Counted from the stretch's first letter, positions 37,452 to 48,541 are shown. The stretch is 64,000 nt of DNA from Spirochaetota bacterium (GCA_963664815.2 CAXXHB010000003.1:2112001-2176000); one strand, 5' to 3'. Numbers and translations are program-made. The notes: a model not told the origin generated them from the letters alone.

Positions 37452-37860
37452 TATTTTTATCCGTAAAAACATCCTGTTACATTCCTGCAGGCAGCCATCG
37501 TGGCTGTACTGCCGGAATTTCATAATACTTGTTCCATGAGATTCACCCCCTTTCGCGGGAATGACAATGAGCGTACTGATTAAATTGTTAACTGCTATAA
37601 TTTACAGGTATGAGGATAATTATAAAAAAATTCTGTAAAACAGACAGTTTTGATGATAATATAATCAATAAAAAATTATGTTCAATTTTTTCTATAATTG
37701 AATCATTGTTAATTTCCCGTGATTTATGATATATTATAAACATCATGAATCATTTTTAGAGTAATAAAAATTTTTTATTACTCTAAAAATGATTCCGTTG
37801 ACAAATAAAATCTTTTCTTTTAGAAATCTTTTTAAATTAAAAAAATTCATGGAGGATTTA

Positions 37861-38073
37861 ATGAATATCAACAAAGCAGTGGATAAAAGCTATGAAGACA
37901 AAAGCTTTAAAGTTCTTGCTGACTCACCAGTAGCAGCACTTCAGGGGGTAAGTGAAGGTGATGCAAAACTTCTGATGGATGCATTTAATGTAAAAACAAT
38001 AAGAGATCTGGCAAACCTTAAGTATGTTAAATGGGCACAGGCCATCGTAACCCTGGCAGACACAGAAGTATAA
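37861..38073 (+). CDS. Small conserved-looking hypothetical protein (70 aa)
   Basis: GGAGG RBS; PV.ALQGVSE.DA..L..AF.VKTIRDLA is helix-hairpin-helix-like. Confidence 0.75.
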   Translation: MNINKAVDKSYEDKSFKVLADSPVAALQGVSEGDAKLLMDAFNVKTIRDLANLKYVKWAQAIVTLADTEV

Positions 38074-38088
38074 TTTTCTTTTTAAATT

Positions 38089-38137
38089 AAAATGTTTTAA
38101 TCTCCATCAGGTTCGATATAAGAGATTAAAACATTTT
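38089..38137. terminator. Inverted repeat between convergent genes
   Basis: Perfect 16-bp stem AAAATGTTTTAATCTC/GAGATTAAAACATTTT. Confidence 0.6.
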
Positions 38138-38180
38138 TTACCAAAGACAATCATGTATAAGAATTTTCCTGATGTTTTGT

Positions 38181-38594
38181 TTATGGCCTGAGAAAAATAA
38201 AAACAGGTGACTGGATATTTCTTAAAACTGCAAATATTAAAACAATTGAGATGAAAAAGGCAATAACTTTATTATCATATTTTTTTATATTTAATATACT
38301 TTCAGATGTTATAATACGCACAATGCACCATATTGCAGAAAGCGGCACAGCTGTGACTAAAAGAAGATTGTAATGTATAGCTCTGCTGATATCTCCCCTC
38401 AGAATTGAATACAACCCCCTGCTTATACCGCATCCGGGGCAGTATAAACCGGTTATTTTATTGAAAATGCAGCCTGTATGGACAGATGTAAACTTCGGAA
38501 TTACAAAAAGAGTCAGTATTCCTGCAGCAACCAGCATTATGTTGGCGAAATATCCATTATATAATTTACCGGAAATATATTTATACAAGAGCAA
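38181..38594 (-). CDS. DUF2752-like membrane protein
   Basis: C.F..ITG.YCPGCG.SR....L.G....A..YN. Confidence 0.85.
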   Translation of the reverse strand: MLLYKYISGKLYNGYFANIMLVAAGILTLFVIPKFTSVHTGCIFNKITGLYCPGCGISRGLYSILRGDISRAIHYNLLLVTAVPLSAIWCIVRIITSESILNIKKYDNKVIAFFISIVLIFAVLRNIQSPVFIFLRP

Positions 38595-38904
38595 TTCCGT
38601 CAGAGCCGTTAAGTTTTCTTGTAGCGATAAGAATTATGTCAACAAGCCACCATATCCCGCACCCTCCGAATGTAAACAGCTTAAGCAATCCCAGGCCGAT
38701 ATAACCGAGATAAAACCTGTCGACACCAAGCTGACCGAAGAATATTGAGAGTATAAGCGCAATGATCAGTTCCCTTCCGGGGGCCGGCTGGCCTGAATTC
38801 GTCCCGGCGATCACATTTTCGTTAGTGGAGGCAAGCAGAGTACCGCAGCTCTGGCAGTATTTTGCATCCTGAATATATTCTTTTCCGCATTTATGACAGT
38901 ACAT
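38581..38904 (-). CDS. Zinc-ribbon plus TM2-domain protein
   Basis: MYCHKCG...YCQSCG and [28 protein letters not shown]. Confidence 0.88.
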   Translation of the reverse strand: MYCHKCGKEYIQDAKYCQSCGTLLASTNENVIAGTNSGQPAPGRELIIALILSIFFGQLGVDRFYLGYIGLGLLKLFTFGGCGIWWLVDIILIATRKLNGSDGIALV

Positions 38905-39014
38905 TTTTTTACTCCGGATAAAATCAGATTTAAATACACTTTATATATATGAACAACAGGGATTATAATCAATTAAATTATTCCGATAATAATTCCAAAG
39001 CTTTTTATAACAGA

Positions 39015-39065
39015 AAACGATTAAATCTCACCGCCGCCAAAGGCGGCGGTGAGATTTAATCGTTT
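39015..39065 (-). terminator. Long perfect hairpin, likely terminator of the acyl-CoA synthetase gene
   Basis: 24-bp perfect stem with a 3-nt loop, 40 bp past the stop. Confidence 0.7.
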
Positions 39066-39104
39066 ATTTTACACTAAAAACATATTAATAAACTAACGTT
39101 TAAA

Positions 39105-41042
39105 TTATTCATACATTTTTGCAATCTCATCAGCATATTTTTCAATAATCTCTTTCTTCTTTACCTTGTGAGATGGTGTCAGCAGACCATTCTTCTCGGT
39201 GAATCTTTCCGGAAGTATTGTATACTGCTTAATCTTTTCATAACTCTCAAGTTCAATATTTGCTTTATCAACTTCATTGCTTATAAGCTCCTGCAATGTA
39301 TAATGAACTATAAAATCATTTCCTACTTTTGTACATGTCCTGAATCCGCCATAATCATCCCACTGAAGCTGGTCTTTTTTATATTTAACATTCTCTTTAT
39401 CGAACAGATTTATAAAGTAGTTAAAGTCAGGTACAATAAGAGCGGTAATATAACTCCTGTCATCACCTACAATCAGAATCTGATCTATATAACTGCTGTT
39501 TGAAAAAAGATCAACAATTTTGAAAGGAGAGATATTTTTACCTGAATCTGTACAGATAATCGATTTTTTCCTGTCGAGAATCATATAATATCCATCATGA
39601 TCGACTGTAACAATATCTCCGGTCTTAAACCATCCGTCAGAAGTAAAAAGCTCTGTAGTCCATTCAGGTTTTTTAAGATATTCACGGAAAACTCCGGCTC
39701 CCGTTATCTCAAGTTCACCATCATCGGAAACCCGGCTCTGCCCGCCGCATGCATTTATCCCGATGTAACCGGGCTTACAGGCTGTTATCGGGTTCATGAT
39801 ACAGGCATTAAAACTTTCGGTAAGACCATACCCTTCTACTATTGGAACACCTATTGCATAATAAAATTTAAGAAGATCCGGTGAAATTGATGCGGTCGAA
39901 GAGAATGAGTACCTGAAATGATTACCGAAAAGCGCCCTTATCTTAATAAGAATTTTATCCGCAATCTTATATTTGAACTTAAGAAAAAATCCGAGTTTAG
40001 CCATAATATCATAATTACTATGCATATTATAGCATCCCTTTTCATCTTTCCTGCATTCGAGAACTTCATAACCTACATTCAGCGCCCATGAAATTATTAC
40101 CTTCCTGAATGAATTCTGCTTCATAATATATTGTAACTGAAGATAAATTTTTTCGTATAGTCTCGGTACGCAGTTTATCCATGTGGGATTATATTTCCGT
40201 ATGTCGTTAAGCAGAGTACCCGGTTTATCTGCATATGCAATTGTTGCAGAATGATAAATCGCTAAAAGTTCACCCGATCCTCTTTCAAAAATATGTGCGA
40301 ATGGAAGGAAGCAGAGTGCCAGATCATCTTCTGTTATATCCATTCCATATCTTGAAAGAAATTCATCTGCACCTGCAATTCTTGAACTACAGTTAAAGTG
40401 GGTTAATATCACACCTTTAGCCGGTCCTGTTGTACCTGATGTATATATTATAGTGTACCAGTCATCCGGCGTTACAGAATCTTTAATTTCCAGATACTTA
40501 CTGTAATTTCCCTGTTTCCATGAATTACCCGAATCGATAAGTTCCTGAAGCCCGATTACCCTTTTATCGCTGCTTTTGTAATTCATATCCAGTACTATTA
40601 CTTTTTCAAGCCTTGGAATATCATTATATGAATTCATTATTTTATCGAGTATGTCTTCATTCCCTGCAAAGATAATTTTGCTTTCAGAATCTTTCATTAT
40701 GTAGATTATTTCTTTTGCGTGAAGTGTCGGAAAAATAGTAACGCTTACTCCCCCTGTACATGCAAGTGCCATATCGGCATGAGTCCAGTATGGTGTACTT
40801 TCTGACATAATTGCAGCACGGTCTTTTTTATTAAACCCAAGAGATAATAAACCGCAGCAGATAGATTCAACCCTTTCAAGCATCTCAGACCAGGTAAAAC
40901 TTCCTTTGCCATCTCCGGGATAAAGTTTTCCATTAAAAATCTGCGCATTTTTTTGCGGGAACCTGCTGCATGAATTGTAAAAATGCCATGGTACCGGTTT
41001 AATCTCCTCTTTTTCCCAGCGCCACTGTTCTATTACGGCCAT
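39105..41042 (-). CDS. Long-chain fatty acid-CoA ligase (AMP-binding)
   Basis: IIYTSGTTG.AKGV, EGYGLTE, DGWFKTGD, GKNISP, LLTPS.K.K. Confidence 0.9.
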   Translation of the reverse strand: MAVIEQWRWEKEEIKPVPWHFYNSCSRFPQKNAQIFNGKLYPGDGKGSFTWSEMLERVESICCGLLSLGFNKKDRAAIMSESTPYWTHADMALACTGGVSVTIFPTLHAKEIIYIMKDSESKIIFAGNEDILDKIMNSYNDIPRLEKVIVLDMNYKSSDKRVIGLQELIDSGNSWKQGNYSKYLEIKDSVTPDDWYTIIYTSGTTGPAKGVILTHFNCSSRIAGADEFLSRYGMDITEDDLALCFLPFAHIFERGSGELLAIYHSATIAYADKPGTLLNDIRKYNPTWINCVPRLYEKIYLQLQYIMKQNSFRKVIISWALNVGYEVLECRKDEKGCYNMHSNYDIMAKLGFFLKFKYKIADKILIKIRALFGNHFRYSFSSTASISPDLLKFYYAIGVPIVEGYGLTESFNACIMNPITACKPGYIGINACGGQSRVSDDGELEITGAGVFREYLKKPEWTTELFTSDGWFKTGDIVTVDHDGYYMILDRKKSIICTDSGKNISPFKIVDLFSNSSYIDQILIVGDDRSYITALIVPDFNYFINLFDKENVKYKKDQLQWDDYGGFRTCTKVGNDFIVHYTLQELISNEVDKANIELESYEKIKQYTILPERFTEKNGLLTPSHKVKKKEIIEKYADEIAKMYE

Positions 41043-41272
41043 AATCAATCTCCATTTTACAAAATTCAATAATTTAAAAACAGCTTTTACAATTCAATTA
41101 ATATTTAATTATAAAATGTCATAATTAAAAAAATGTCAATTATATAAAATATACTCAATCAATATGCATCAAATTATGTTCAGGGTTTTTATGCATAAAT
41201 AAAAAAATTGTTTGTATTTTTTAAAAATCTGTATATTAGTCACGGAAATAAAAAACAATACAGGTAATAACC

Positions 41273-42121
41273 ATGATTATAAAAACTCTTAACGAGAAAA
41301 ATCTGCTACTTCAGAACGACGGTAATCTTGATCTGTTTTTTATAGGTACCGGAAGCGCTTTTACAAAACGACAATATCAGACCAATCTTCTTATTATTAA
41401 AGGGAAAGATCATCTTCTTATTGACTGCGGCACAAAATGTCCTCAGGCAATCTCCGAACTTGGAATACCTGTTACTGAAATAAGAAATTTTCTTATCACA
41501 CATTCTCATGCAGATCATATAGGGGGACTTGAAGAAATATCATTATTGGGACGATATTCCACTAAAAAAAAGCCTGTAATGATTATTAATGAAACTTATC
41601 AGCATATATTATGGGATATGTCGCTTCGTGGAGGTTGCGAGTATAATGAAGAGGAAGCGGGTGATATGCTGACATTTAAAGATTTCTGGGACGTTATAAG
41701 ACCTCAGTGGCTCCCGGATTACAACAGAGAGACCTTTGGATTAAAAGTAGGAAATATAGATATAAAAATAATGCGTACAAAGCATATACCTGATTCTTCA
41801 TATGACTGGCAGAGTTCATTCTGGAGTTGCGGTGTTATTATTGATGACAGAATCTTTTTTACAAGTGATACAAGGTATGATTATGATCTGGTTGATTTTT
41901 ATGAAAATAAATTTAATTTTGAGGCAATATTCCACGATTGCCAGTTTTTTACAGGCGGCGTTCATGCTTCTCTTGATGAAATAAGTAATTTTTCACCTGC
42001 AGTAAAGTCCAAAATGTATCTTACTCATTATGGTGACAACTGGGAGGAATTTGACGACAGAATAAAAAAATCAGGTTTTGCAGGACGCGCAATACAACAG
42101 CAGTTTTATTCATTTGATTAA
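41273..42121 (+). CDS. MBL-fold metallo-hydrolase
   Basis: GTGSAF, LIDCG, THSHADHIGG, TSDT, HDCQ, LTHY. Confidence 0.88.
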   Translation: MIIKTLNEKNLLLQNDGNLDLFFIGTGSAFTKRQYQTNLLIIKGKDHLLIDCGTKCPQAISELGIPVTEIRNFLITHSHADHIGGLEEISLLGRYSTKKKPVMIINETYQHILWDMSLRGGCEYNEEEAGDMLTFKDFWDVIRPQWLPDYNRETFGLKVGNIDIKIMRTKHIPDSSYDWQSSFWSCGVIIDDRIFFTSDTRYDYDLVDFYENKFNFEAIFHDCQFFTGGVHASLDEISNFSPAVKSKMYLTHYGDNWEEFDDRIKKSGFAGRAIQQQFYSFD

Positions 42122-42134
42122 TATTTAGATAAAA

Positions 42135-42157
42135 AACGGGGTAAAATTTACCCCGTT
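42135..42157. terminator. Hairpin between convergent genes
   Basis: AACGGGGTAAA/TTTACCCCGTT. Confidence 0.6.
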
Positions 42158-42179
42158 CAAAGACTGGTTCATTTTAAAA

Positions 42180-42380
42180 TTATATCACTTGAACAGAAAC
42201 TGCCCGTTGACCCTTGTCGGAATCTTCAACCTGAAAATTTACCTTATCACCCTCTCTGAGACTTTTAAATCCCTCACCCGCAACACCTGTGTAATGGACA
42301 AAAATATCTCCGCCATCATCTTTTGAAATGAAACCAAATCCTTTCTTCTCGTTAAACCATTTTACTACACCACTGGGCAT
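42180..42380 (-). CDS. cspA: Cold-shock domain protein
   Basis: G.VKWFN..KGFGFI...D.FVHY...GFKSL.EG..V.F; AAGGAG RBS. Confidence 0.93.
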   Translation of the reverse strand: MPSGVVKWFNEKKGFGFISKDDGGDIFVHYTGVAGEGFKSLREGDKVNFQVEDSDKGQRAVSVQVI

Positions 42381-42462
42381 ACAAAACTCCTTAAAAAAAA
42401 TTTCATTAAAAATAATTTCAACAAACCATAAACTGACTGCTGAAAAAATTAACGGCTTGCTC

Positions 42463-42491
42463 ATTCTATATTATTAAGTTTTTTTTGTCAA
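42463..42491 (-). promoter_or_regulatory. sigma70 promoter of the cold-shock gene
   Basis: TTGACA-N17-TAGAAT on the minus strand. Confidence 0.6.
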
Positions 42492-42681
42492 AAATATTTT
42501 AAAATTTATGTATTACACTTTATCTATAAATATAAAAAACAGAGATGCCGTAAAACCTGATCTCAAGTCTGCAGACAAACACCTGCCTGGGCTTTTTAAA
42601 TGGCATCCCTTCTCCTTTTTCTATGTCGATTCAGGCGACAGTGAGGTATAACTGTTTAATTTACACTAATCCCGGCTATCT

Positions 42682-43425
42682 TTATTTTTTACTTTTAGCA
42701 GGTAAAGTCAATATCTGCCCCGGATAAAGTATTGTCGGTCTGGATATTGTTTTATTATTCAGTTTATAAATATCCTCCCATTTTTTATAATCACCATATA
42801 ACGCTTCACTTATTTTGATTAAAGAATCTTTATCTTTTACAAGATACTCATTTCCGGAAAGAGTTTTTTCCTTTATCTTTTCGGCTGTCCTGTCAATAAC
42901 GGCAGTTCCGGTTTCTGTTTTACCTGTGGGTGCAATTTCAGATTTATTTTCCGTTACACTGTTTTCACTGCCGGCTTTTTTATAGAAGTATTTATTAAAA
43001 ATAAAAATAGTTAATATTACAAGAAGCAGTATTGAAAGAAAAATTATTAATCCTTTATTACTTTTCAGTGAAAGAGCCTGATTATTCCCTTCAGAACGTT
43101 TAGTCTTCTCAGAAGATTGTTTTTTCTGAACATCTGCTTGATCTGTTTCAATAACCGCATTCTTATTATCAGTCATGTTTTCAGATAAACTTTTTTCAAT
43201 ATGTTTTAAAGCAGTTTCTGTCAGTTTATATTTTTCAAGAATATAATTTAGAGTTCTCTTCTCAATATCTGTAATTTTACCACCATCTTTAACAGCTTTT
43301 ATAATACCTCTGGCATCAGCCAGAGAAATCCTTCCATCACCTTTGCCGTCTACACTCTTATCTGCAATATCAAGCATTGCCCTGTCATAATTCTTCCCAT
43401 CTATCTTTTTATAATACGAACTCAT
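42682..43425 (-). CDS. Single-pass membrane protein with C-terminal LysM domain
   Basis: Y.VK..DSL..IS...YG....W..IY..N...I..P..LYPGQ.L.LP; central TM helix; N-terminal DGKGDGRIS loop. Confidence 0.85.
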   Translation of the reverse strand: MSSYYKKIDGKNYDRAMLDIADKSVDGKGDGRISLADARGIIKAVKDGGKITDIEKRTLNYILEKYKLTETALKHIEKSLSENMTDNKNAVIETDQADVQKKQSSEKTKRSEGNNQALSLKSNKGLIIFLSILLLVILTIFIFNKYFYKKAGSENSVTENKSEIAPTGKTETGTAVIDRTAEKIKEKTLSGNEYLVKDKDSLIKISEALYGDYKKWEDIYKLNNKTISRPTILYPGQILTLPAKSKK

Positions 43426-43758
43426 ATAACGACCTCCGGTATTAATATATTTCTGTATCAATTCCTTTAATAAAAACAGGATAAAAACCTCTGTTTTTAC
43501 AAGTCAGTTTTGTATTCAAGAAATATTGTTTCTCCTGAAATTAAATATAGATTTATAAATCAGTAAATAAGTTAATTATAATAATTTATGAATTACAATA
43601 AAAAAAAATTAATTAATGGTTTTTTACATATTTAAATTCATTTAATGATTTAATTCTTTCACCGGATTTATATCCGTAAAATATATTATAAAATTTCTTT
43701 GTTGCAATTTATTAATCAGTAATTTCTTTAAATAATAATTTATTATCCGGAGAGAATA

Positions 43759-46038
43759 ATGAAAAAAAATACCCGCCTGTACAATAATACTCTCGAAAAA
43801 TGGACTGAGTATTTTGAAAACTGGTTTAACGACAAAGCAAATTTCAAGGGAACCCGTATGGATAGTGAAATGTATCCATACTCTGCGCTTTTTGAGCCGA
43901 TAAGAATAAATTCATTAACAGTAAAGAACAGAATAATTATGGCTCCGATGGGAAACATCTGCATGGCAGATGAAACAGGTAAACCATCATCAAAAATGAT
44001 AGCATATTTTACCGAAAGGGCCAAGGGGGGTACCGGCCTCATAACATCAGGTCTCGTACCCGTAAGTCATGGTATTGATCCATCTGTTACTGAATCGGGT
44101 AATTTGTCCATGTTTCCGCGTATCGACAGATCGAGAACAAACTATGCCGGATGGAAAACTCTTGCCGAATCATTACATTCATTCGGAACTGCTTTTTTTA
44201 TTCAGCTTACACCCGGATTGGGGAGAGTAGGATCTCCTGAATGTATAGTAAAAAAACATAAACTCCCTGTTTCGGCTTCATGGAATCCAAATTTCTATAT
44301 TACTCAGGTTCCATGCAGACCTCTTACATTCCTGGAATTAAAAAAAATCGTCAGGAATACCGGGCAGGCGGCCGCTGATGCGAAAGCCCTTCTTATCGAC
44401 GGAGTGTATCTTCATGGGCATGAAGGATATCTGCTGGAACAGCTTTCAAACACGGCATTTAACAGAAGAAGTTTCGGGCCATATCGCAACTGGCAGAAAT
44501 TCGGAGTTGATCTTGTCAGAGAAATAAGAAACAGATGCGGTAAGGATTATCCTGTTATGTACAGAATAGATCTGTCATTGATGCTTAATGCAACATATGG
44601 AGAAAGGATGAACATTGTTCCATCCCTGAAAAAATTTAAAAACGAGCGAACTATTGAGATGACACTGGATTACATAAGAAATCTGATCTCTGCCGGGGTT
44701 GATATCATCGACGTGGATCTTGGCTGTTATGACAACTGGTGGCTCCCTCACCCGCCGGAGGCAATGCCTCCCGCATGTTTTATTGAAGTTGCAGAACTGG
44801 TAAAAAACTTTTTAAAAGAGAATAAAATTAAATCCAATGCAGGAATTGATGTCCCTGTAGCTGCAGTGGGCAAGCTTGGTTTTCCCGACATAGCAGAAAG
44901 GGCTCTTCAGAAAAACCAGTGCGATATGATAATGCTGGGCCGGCCGCTTCTCGCAGATCCCGAATGGCCCAATAAAGTATACGCAGGAAAAAACAGGGAG
45001 ATTATTCCATGTATAGGAGATCAGGAGGGGTGCCTGAATGAATTCATCAGCGGCGGTCATCCGCAGTGTTCAGTAAATCCGAGAACTGCATTTGAAGAAA
45101 AATATGAAACACTCCCTCCCGCTCCGGAAAAGAAAAAAATCGCTGTTGTAGGCGCCGGACCTGCCGGTGTAATGTGTGCATGTACAGCTGCTGAGAGAGG
45201 TCATGATGTAACCATATTCGATAAAAAAACAACAGCAGGCGGATTGATAATACCGGGATCTGTTCCTAAAATAAAATATGAGATAGCGAATTATCTTTCA
45301 TATATGAATAACAGACTTTTAATTTCTTCAAAAAAGTTTAAACTTAAAACTGAATTTGGTAAAACCGTAACAGCCTCTACGCTTAAAAACTGTAAATTTG
45401 ATACTATTGTAATTGCAACCGGAGGTATCGGATTAAAACCTGATATACCGGGCATTAACAATGAAAATGTTTTCCAGTCTGTAGATATATTGATGAACCG
45501 GTCTCTATGTGAAGGTAAAAATGATGCTGTAATTATCGGCGGTGGATCTGCCGGATGCGAAACCGCTCATTATCTGTCATATGAGCTGGGTATAAAAAAT
45601 ATTACAATTGTTGAAATGCGCTCCGACATTCTGAGAAATGTATGTACTGCAAACAGGGGATACATGATACATCATCTTGAAAAAAAGGGTGTAAAGATAA
45701 TGAACTGTACCGGCGTAGACAGTATTAAGCAGGGAAGCATTGTATTGAATCAGAACATTTCAAAAAAAGTGCCAGACCCTTACATCACATGGAAACCTCT
45801 TCTGCCGGAAAATATTCCTAATCCTTTCGCAAAAAAAATAGATTTTAAAAACAGGGAAATAGAAATCCAGTCTGATATTATTATAATTGCAATGGGTTGG
45901 AAACCGGATCGGACACTTTATGAAGAGTGTATGAGAAGACAGGTTGCTCCCGAAATATACCTGACCGGTGATGTTCACTCAACCGGCAGAGTTTTCGAAG
46001 CAACAAAGGGTGGTTATGCCATAGGACGCAGAATTTAA
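43759..46038 (+). CDS. NADH:flavin oxidoreductase (2-enoate reductase/OYE-like, FAD-binding)
   Basis: KNRIIMAPM, LHGHEGYLL, GRPLLADPEW, CIG...C...C.VNP, VVGAGPAG. Confidence 0.9.
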   Translation: MKKNTRLYNNTLEKWTEYFENWFNDKANFKGTRMDSEMYPYSALFEPIRINSLTVKNRIIMAPMGNICMADETGKPSSKMIAYFTERAKGGTGLITSGLVPVSHGIDPSVTESGNLSMFPRIDRSRTNYAGWKTLAESLHSFGTAFFIQLTPGLGRVGSPECIVKKHKLPVSASWNPNFYITQVPCRPLTFLELKKIVRNTGQAAADAKALLIDGVYLHGHEGYLLEQLSNTAFNRRSFGPYRNWQKFGVDLVREIRNRCGKDYPVMYRIDLSLMLNATYGERMNIVPSLKKFKNERTIEMTLDYIRNLISAGVDIIDVDLGCYDNWWLPHPPEAMPPACFIEVAELVKNFLKENKIKSNAGIDVPVAAVGKLGFPDIAERALQKNQCDMIMLGRPLLADPEWPNKVYAGKNREIIPCIGDQEGCLNEFISGGHPQCSVNPRTAFEEKYETLPPAPEKKKIAVVGAGPAGVMCACTAAERGHDVTIFDKKTTAGGLIIPGSVPKIKYEIANYLSYMNNRLLISSKKFKLKTEFGKTVTASTLKNCKFDTIVIATGGIGLKPDIPGINNENVFQSVDILMNRSLCEGKNDAVIIGGGSAGCETAHYLSYELGIKNITIVEMRSDILRNVCTANRGYMIHHLEKKGVKIMNCTGVDSIKQGSIVLNQNISKKVPDPYITWKPLLPENIPNPFAKKIDFKNREIEIQSDIIIIAMGWKPDRTLYEECMRRQVAPEIYLTGDVHSTGRVFEATKGGYAIGRRI

Positions 46039-46085
46039 GCTTCTGTTTAAATCTTTAAAATTTTTATAAAGTACAAAACTGATCA

Positions 46086-46129
46086 TTATCCTCATTGCCA
46101 CATCAACCCGGATTGAGCAATGAGGATAA
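46086..46129. terminator. Hairpin between convergent genes
   Basis: 13-bp stem TTATCCTCATTGC/GCAATGAGGATAA. Confidence 0.6.
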
Positions 46130-46139
46130 ATACAAATTT

Positions 46140-47510
46140 TTATTCTGCGATTTTATTAGTCTTTCTCCATATATTCATTTTTCCGGCAGCGGAAACAAGT
46201 TCATCTCTGAAAGATTCATCCGCAAGGGAAACGAGGAGTTCTGCCCTTTCCCATGTTGATTTACCCTTGAGGCGCGCAATTCCATTTTCTGTTACTATAT
46301 AATCAACAAATGTCCTGGGTGTTGTTACGATGCTCCCCTGCGGCAGCATTGGTAATATTCTCGATTTAAGATTACCCTCTTTATCGTCATATGTACTGGA
46401 AAGACAGAGAAAACTTTTACCTCCGTTTGACTTAAATCCGGCAATGGCAAAATCTGCCTGTCCTCCGGATCCTGAAATCTGTCTTGGCCCGGCACTTTCC
46501 GAACATGCCTGTCCGAAAAGGTCAACCATAAGGGTATTATTTATCGACCTTAAATTATCATTAAGCCCTATTATCTCCGGGTTGTTGGTATATTTCCCGC
46601 AATGGCTTGCCAGAGCAGAATTGTTATCCATAAAATCGTACATTTCCCTTGTACCCAATGCAAATGTAAAAGCTATCTTACACCTGTCGGTTGTTTTATA
46701 TCTTCCGGTAACCAGGCCTGCATCAAACATTTTAACCATTGAATCTACAAAAAGTTCAGTATGAATTCCCAGATCCTTAAGATCGGAATCACATAGCAGT
46801 TCCCCGAGAGTGTTTGGAAGGCCCCCTATTCCAAGCTGTATACAGGCTTTATCGGGAATTTCTTTCATCAATAAAGCCGCCATTTTTCTTTCAGCATCCG
46901 TTGGCGGTTTTCCTGCAGGAAGAACTGCAAGGGGTGTATTGCTCCCTTCTATCACATAGTCTGCCATCGAAACGTGAATAGAATCCTCCGACCCGCCGTG
47001 AACCCTTGGAATGTTTTCATTTACTTCGAGAATAAGAGTTTTTGCACCCAGGCATGATTCAAGGCTGTTTACATTGGTAGGCCCGAATGAAAAGAAACCG
47101 AATTTATCCATCGGGCTCACCTGTTGAACATAAATGTTGTAGTTAAAAAGATCGCCGGCTATAATTGTCTGAAGCTGGCTGAATGTAATCGGGTTATAAA
47201 ACATAAGATTTTTGTCACCCATCCGTCTGTTCCCTGTATCAAAGAACCAGCTGTTGCATATAAAGTGTTCATGAGTGGGATCACAACATGTTGTCGGAGA
47301 ATCGGATGGCAGACCGGCACACTGTGTTATCTGAACATTAAAAAGTTCGTTCATTCTTGCAGCAAGCTCCCTGTCAAAATCGACAGGTCTTCCCAGAAAA
47401 TATCCATATAATAAACTATCTCCTGACTTAACTATTTTAGCCGCATCTTTTGCAGATATAAGTTTATTTTTATATAAATCTGTATTTCGTGACGGAATGA
47501 TCTTATTCAT
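46140..47510 (-). CDS. Acetyl-CoA hydrolase/CoA-transferase family protein
   Basis: IQLGIGG.PN, DLGIHTE, QISGSGGQ.DF, VTENG.A.L.GK...ERA..L. Confidence 0.9.
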   Translation of the reverse strand: MNKIIPSRNTDLYKNKLISAKDAAKIVKSGDSLLYGYFLGRPVDFDRELAARMNELFNVQITQCAGLPSDSPTTCCDPTHEHFICNSWFFDTGNRRMGDKNLMFYNPITFSQLQTIIAGDLFNYNIYVQQVSPMDKFGFFSFGPTNVNSLESCLGAKTLILEVNENIPRVHGGSEDSIHVSMADYVIEGSNTPLAVLPAGKPPTDAERKMAALLMKEIPDKACIQLGIGGLPNTLGELLCDSDLKDLGIHTELFVDSMVKMFDAGLVTGRYKTTDRCKIAFTFALGTREMYDFMDNNSALASHCGKYTNNPEIIGLNDNLRSINNTLMVDLFGQACSESAGPRQISGSGGQADFAIAGFKSNGGKSFLCLSSTYDDKEGNLKSRILPMLPQGSIVTTPRTFVDYIVTENGIARLKGKSTWERAELLVSLADESFRDELVSAAGKMNIWRKTNKIAE

Positions 47511-47772
47511 AATTGCTCCCCGGAAATTCTATTTAGATTTATAATCTATAATTTTCACTGGAGCCAGAATCTTCACATCTTCATCCATGTCAAGCAATAA
47601 TAACTGAACAAAAAACAGAATTAATATAATGTATTTTATATTAAAAGCTTATTACGAATACAGTTTTTTAAAATTTTCAGAATTGAATGCAGTTTATTAT
47701 CTTTTCTTCTGATTTTTAAATTAAACACAAATGTCCATAATACATATTTTTTTGATATGTATTATAACGGAT

Positions 47773-47803
47773 TTCGAACCCTATAACAATAATAGGGTTC
47801 GAA
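47773..47803. promoter_or_regulatory. Perfect 12-7-12 palindrome, candidate operator
   Basis: TTCGAACCCTAT-N7-ATAGGGTTCGAA in a divergent intergenic region. Confidence 0.45.
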
Positions 47804-47903
47804 CCTCTAAATTGATTGTACACATATATAAAATAATTAATATAAAAGATACAATAACAATATCAGGCTATTTAATTTTTGCTGTAAGCGGGATGTATCT
47901 TTT

Positions 47904-48326
47904 ATGAGCACATTTCAGGTTCAATCAGAAGTCTACGTTTTTAAAAACAGAATATATAAATGCCGTATAACCGGTGAAACAGACAGGATAAAAAAATACC
48001 TTCTTGAATTATTTTTTTTTAAAAAAGAAAAGGGTTCATTAGAATTTTTAACCCTGGAAAACTACTCGGCAATTATCGATGTAATATTAAACTTTCTTTC
48101 AGTAGACGGAAGAATTGCAAGAGAAACAACATTATTATCTTTGTTCAGTTCAGAATCATATCTCATGCTGTCAGTTTATGATAATTCATTTTCAGATGAC
48201 GAAATGAGATTACTTAAAAATGAGGTGATTAATTTAATTAAAGAACATGAACACATCTTAAGTTTCAGTATACATATGACTCCATCAGCAATTTGTATTT
48301 TTATTAAACCTATCCTGCGGGGATGA
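47904..48326 (+). CDS. Hypothetical protein
   Basis: 140-aa ORF in AT-rich DNA; no family recognised. Confidence 0.5.
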   Translation: MSTFQVQSEVYVFKNRIYKCRITGETDRIKKYLLELFFFKKEKGSLEFLTLENYSAIIDVILNFLSVDGRIARETTLLSLFSSESYLMLSVYDNSFSDDEMRLLKNEVINLIKEHEHILSFSIHMTPSAICIFIKPILRG

Positions 48327-48541
48327 AGTTTAACATAACACAATATAATAAGAAAAAAATTTATTCCGAGGAAAAAATGAATTATAAATTACAGGCAATC
48401 CTTCCTGTTAATATGAAATCAATATATAACTATTCATGTAATGAATTTAGCAAGTTAAAAGTTTTAATTTATATTGAACAGCAGACCGAAACAATCGATC
48501 AAAGAGAATTATTACCTGATAACTATTATAAGTCATTATAA
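48323..48541 (+). CDS. Small hypothetical protein
   Basis: 72 aa; ATGA overlap with the preceding ORF. Confidence 0.3.
   Translation: MKFNITQYNKKKIYSEEKMNYKLQAILPVNMKSIYNYSCNEFSKLKVLIYIEQQTETIDQRELLPDNYYKSL

Noticed and set aside
39015-39065. 24-bp perfect hairpin as a MITE or recombination site
   Set aside because: Single copy in the window, no target duplication, and positioned as a terminator 40 bp after a stop codon.
47773-47784. tRNA fragment (TTCGAACCC resembles a T-loop)
   Set aside because: No cloverleaf can be formed; the motif is one arm of a simple palindrome.
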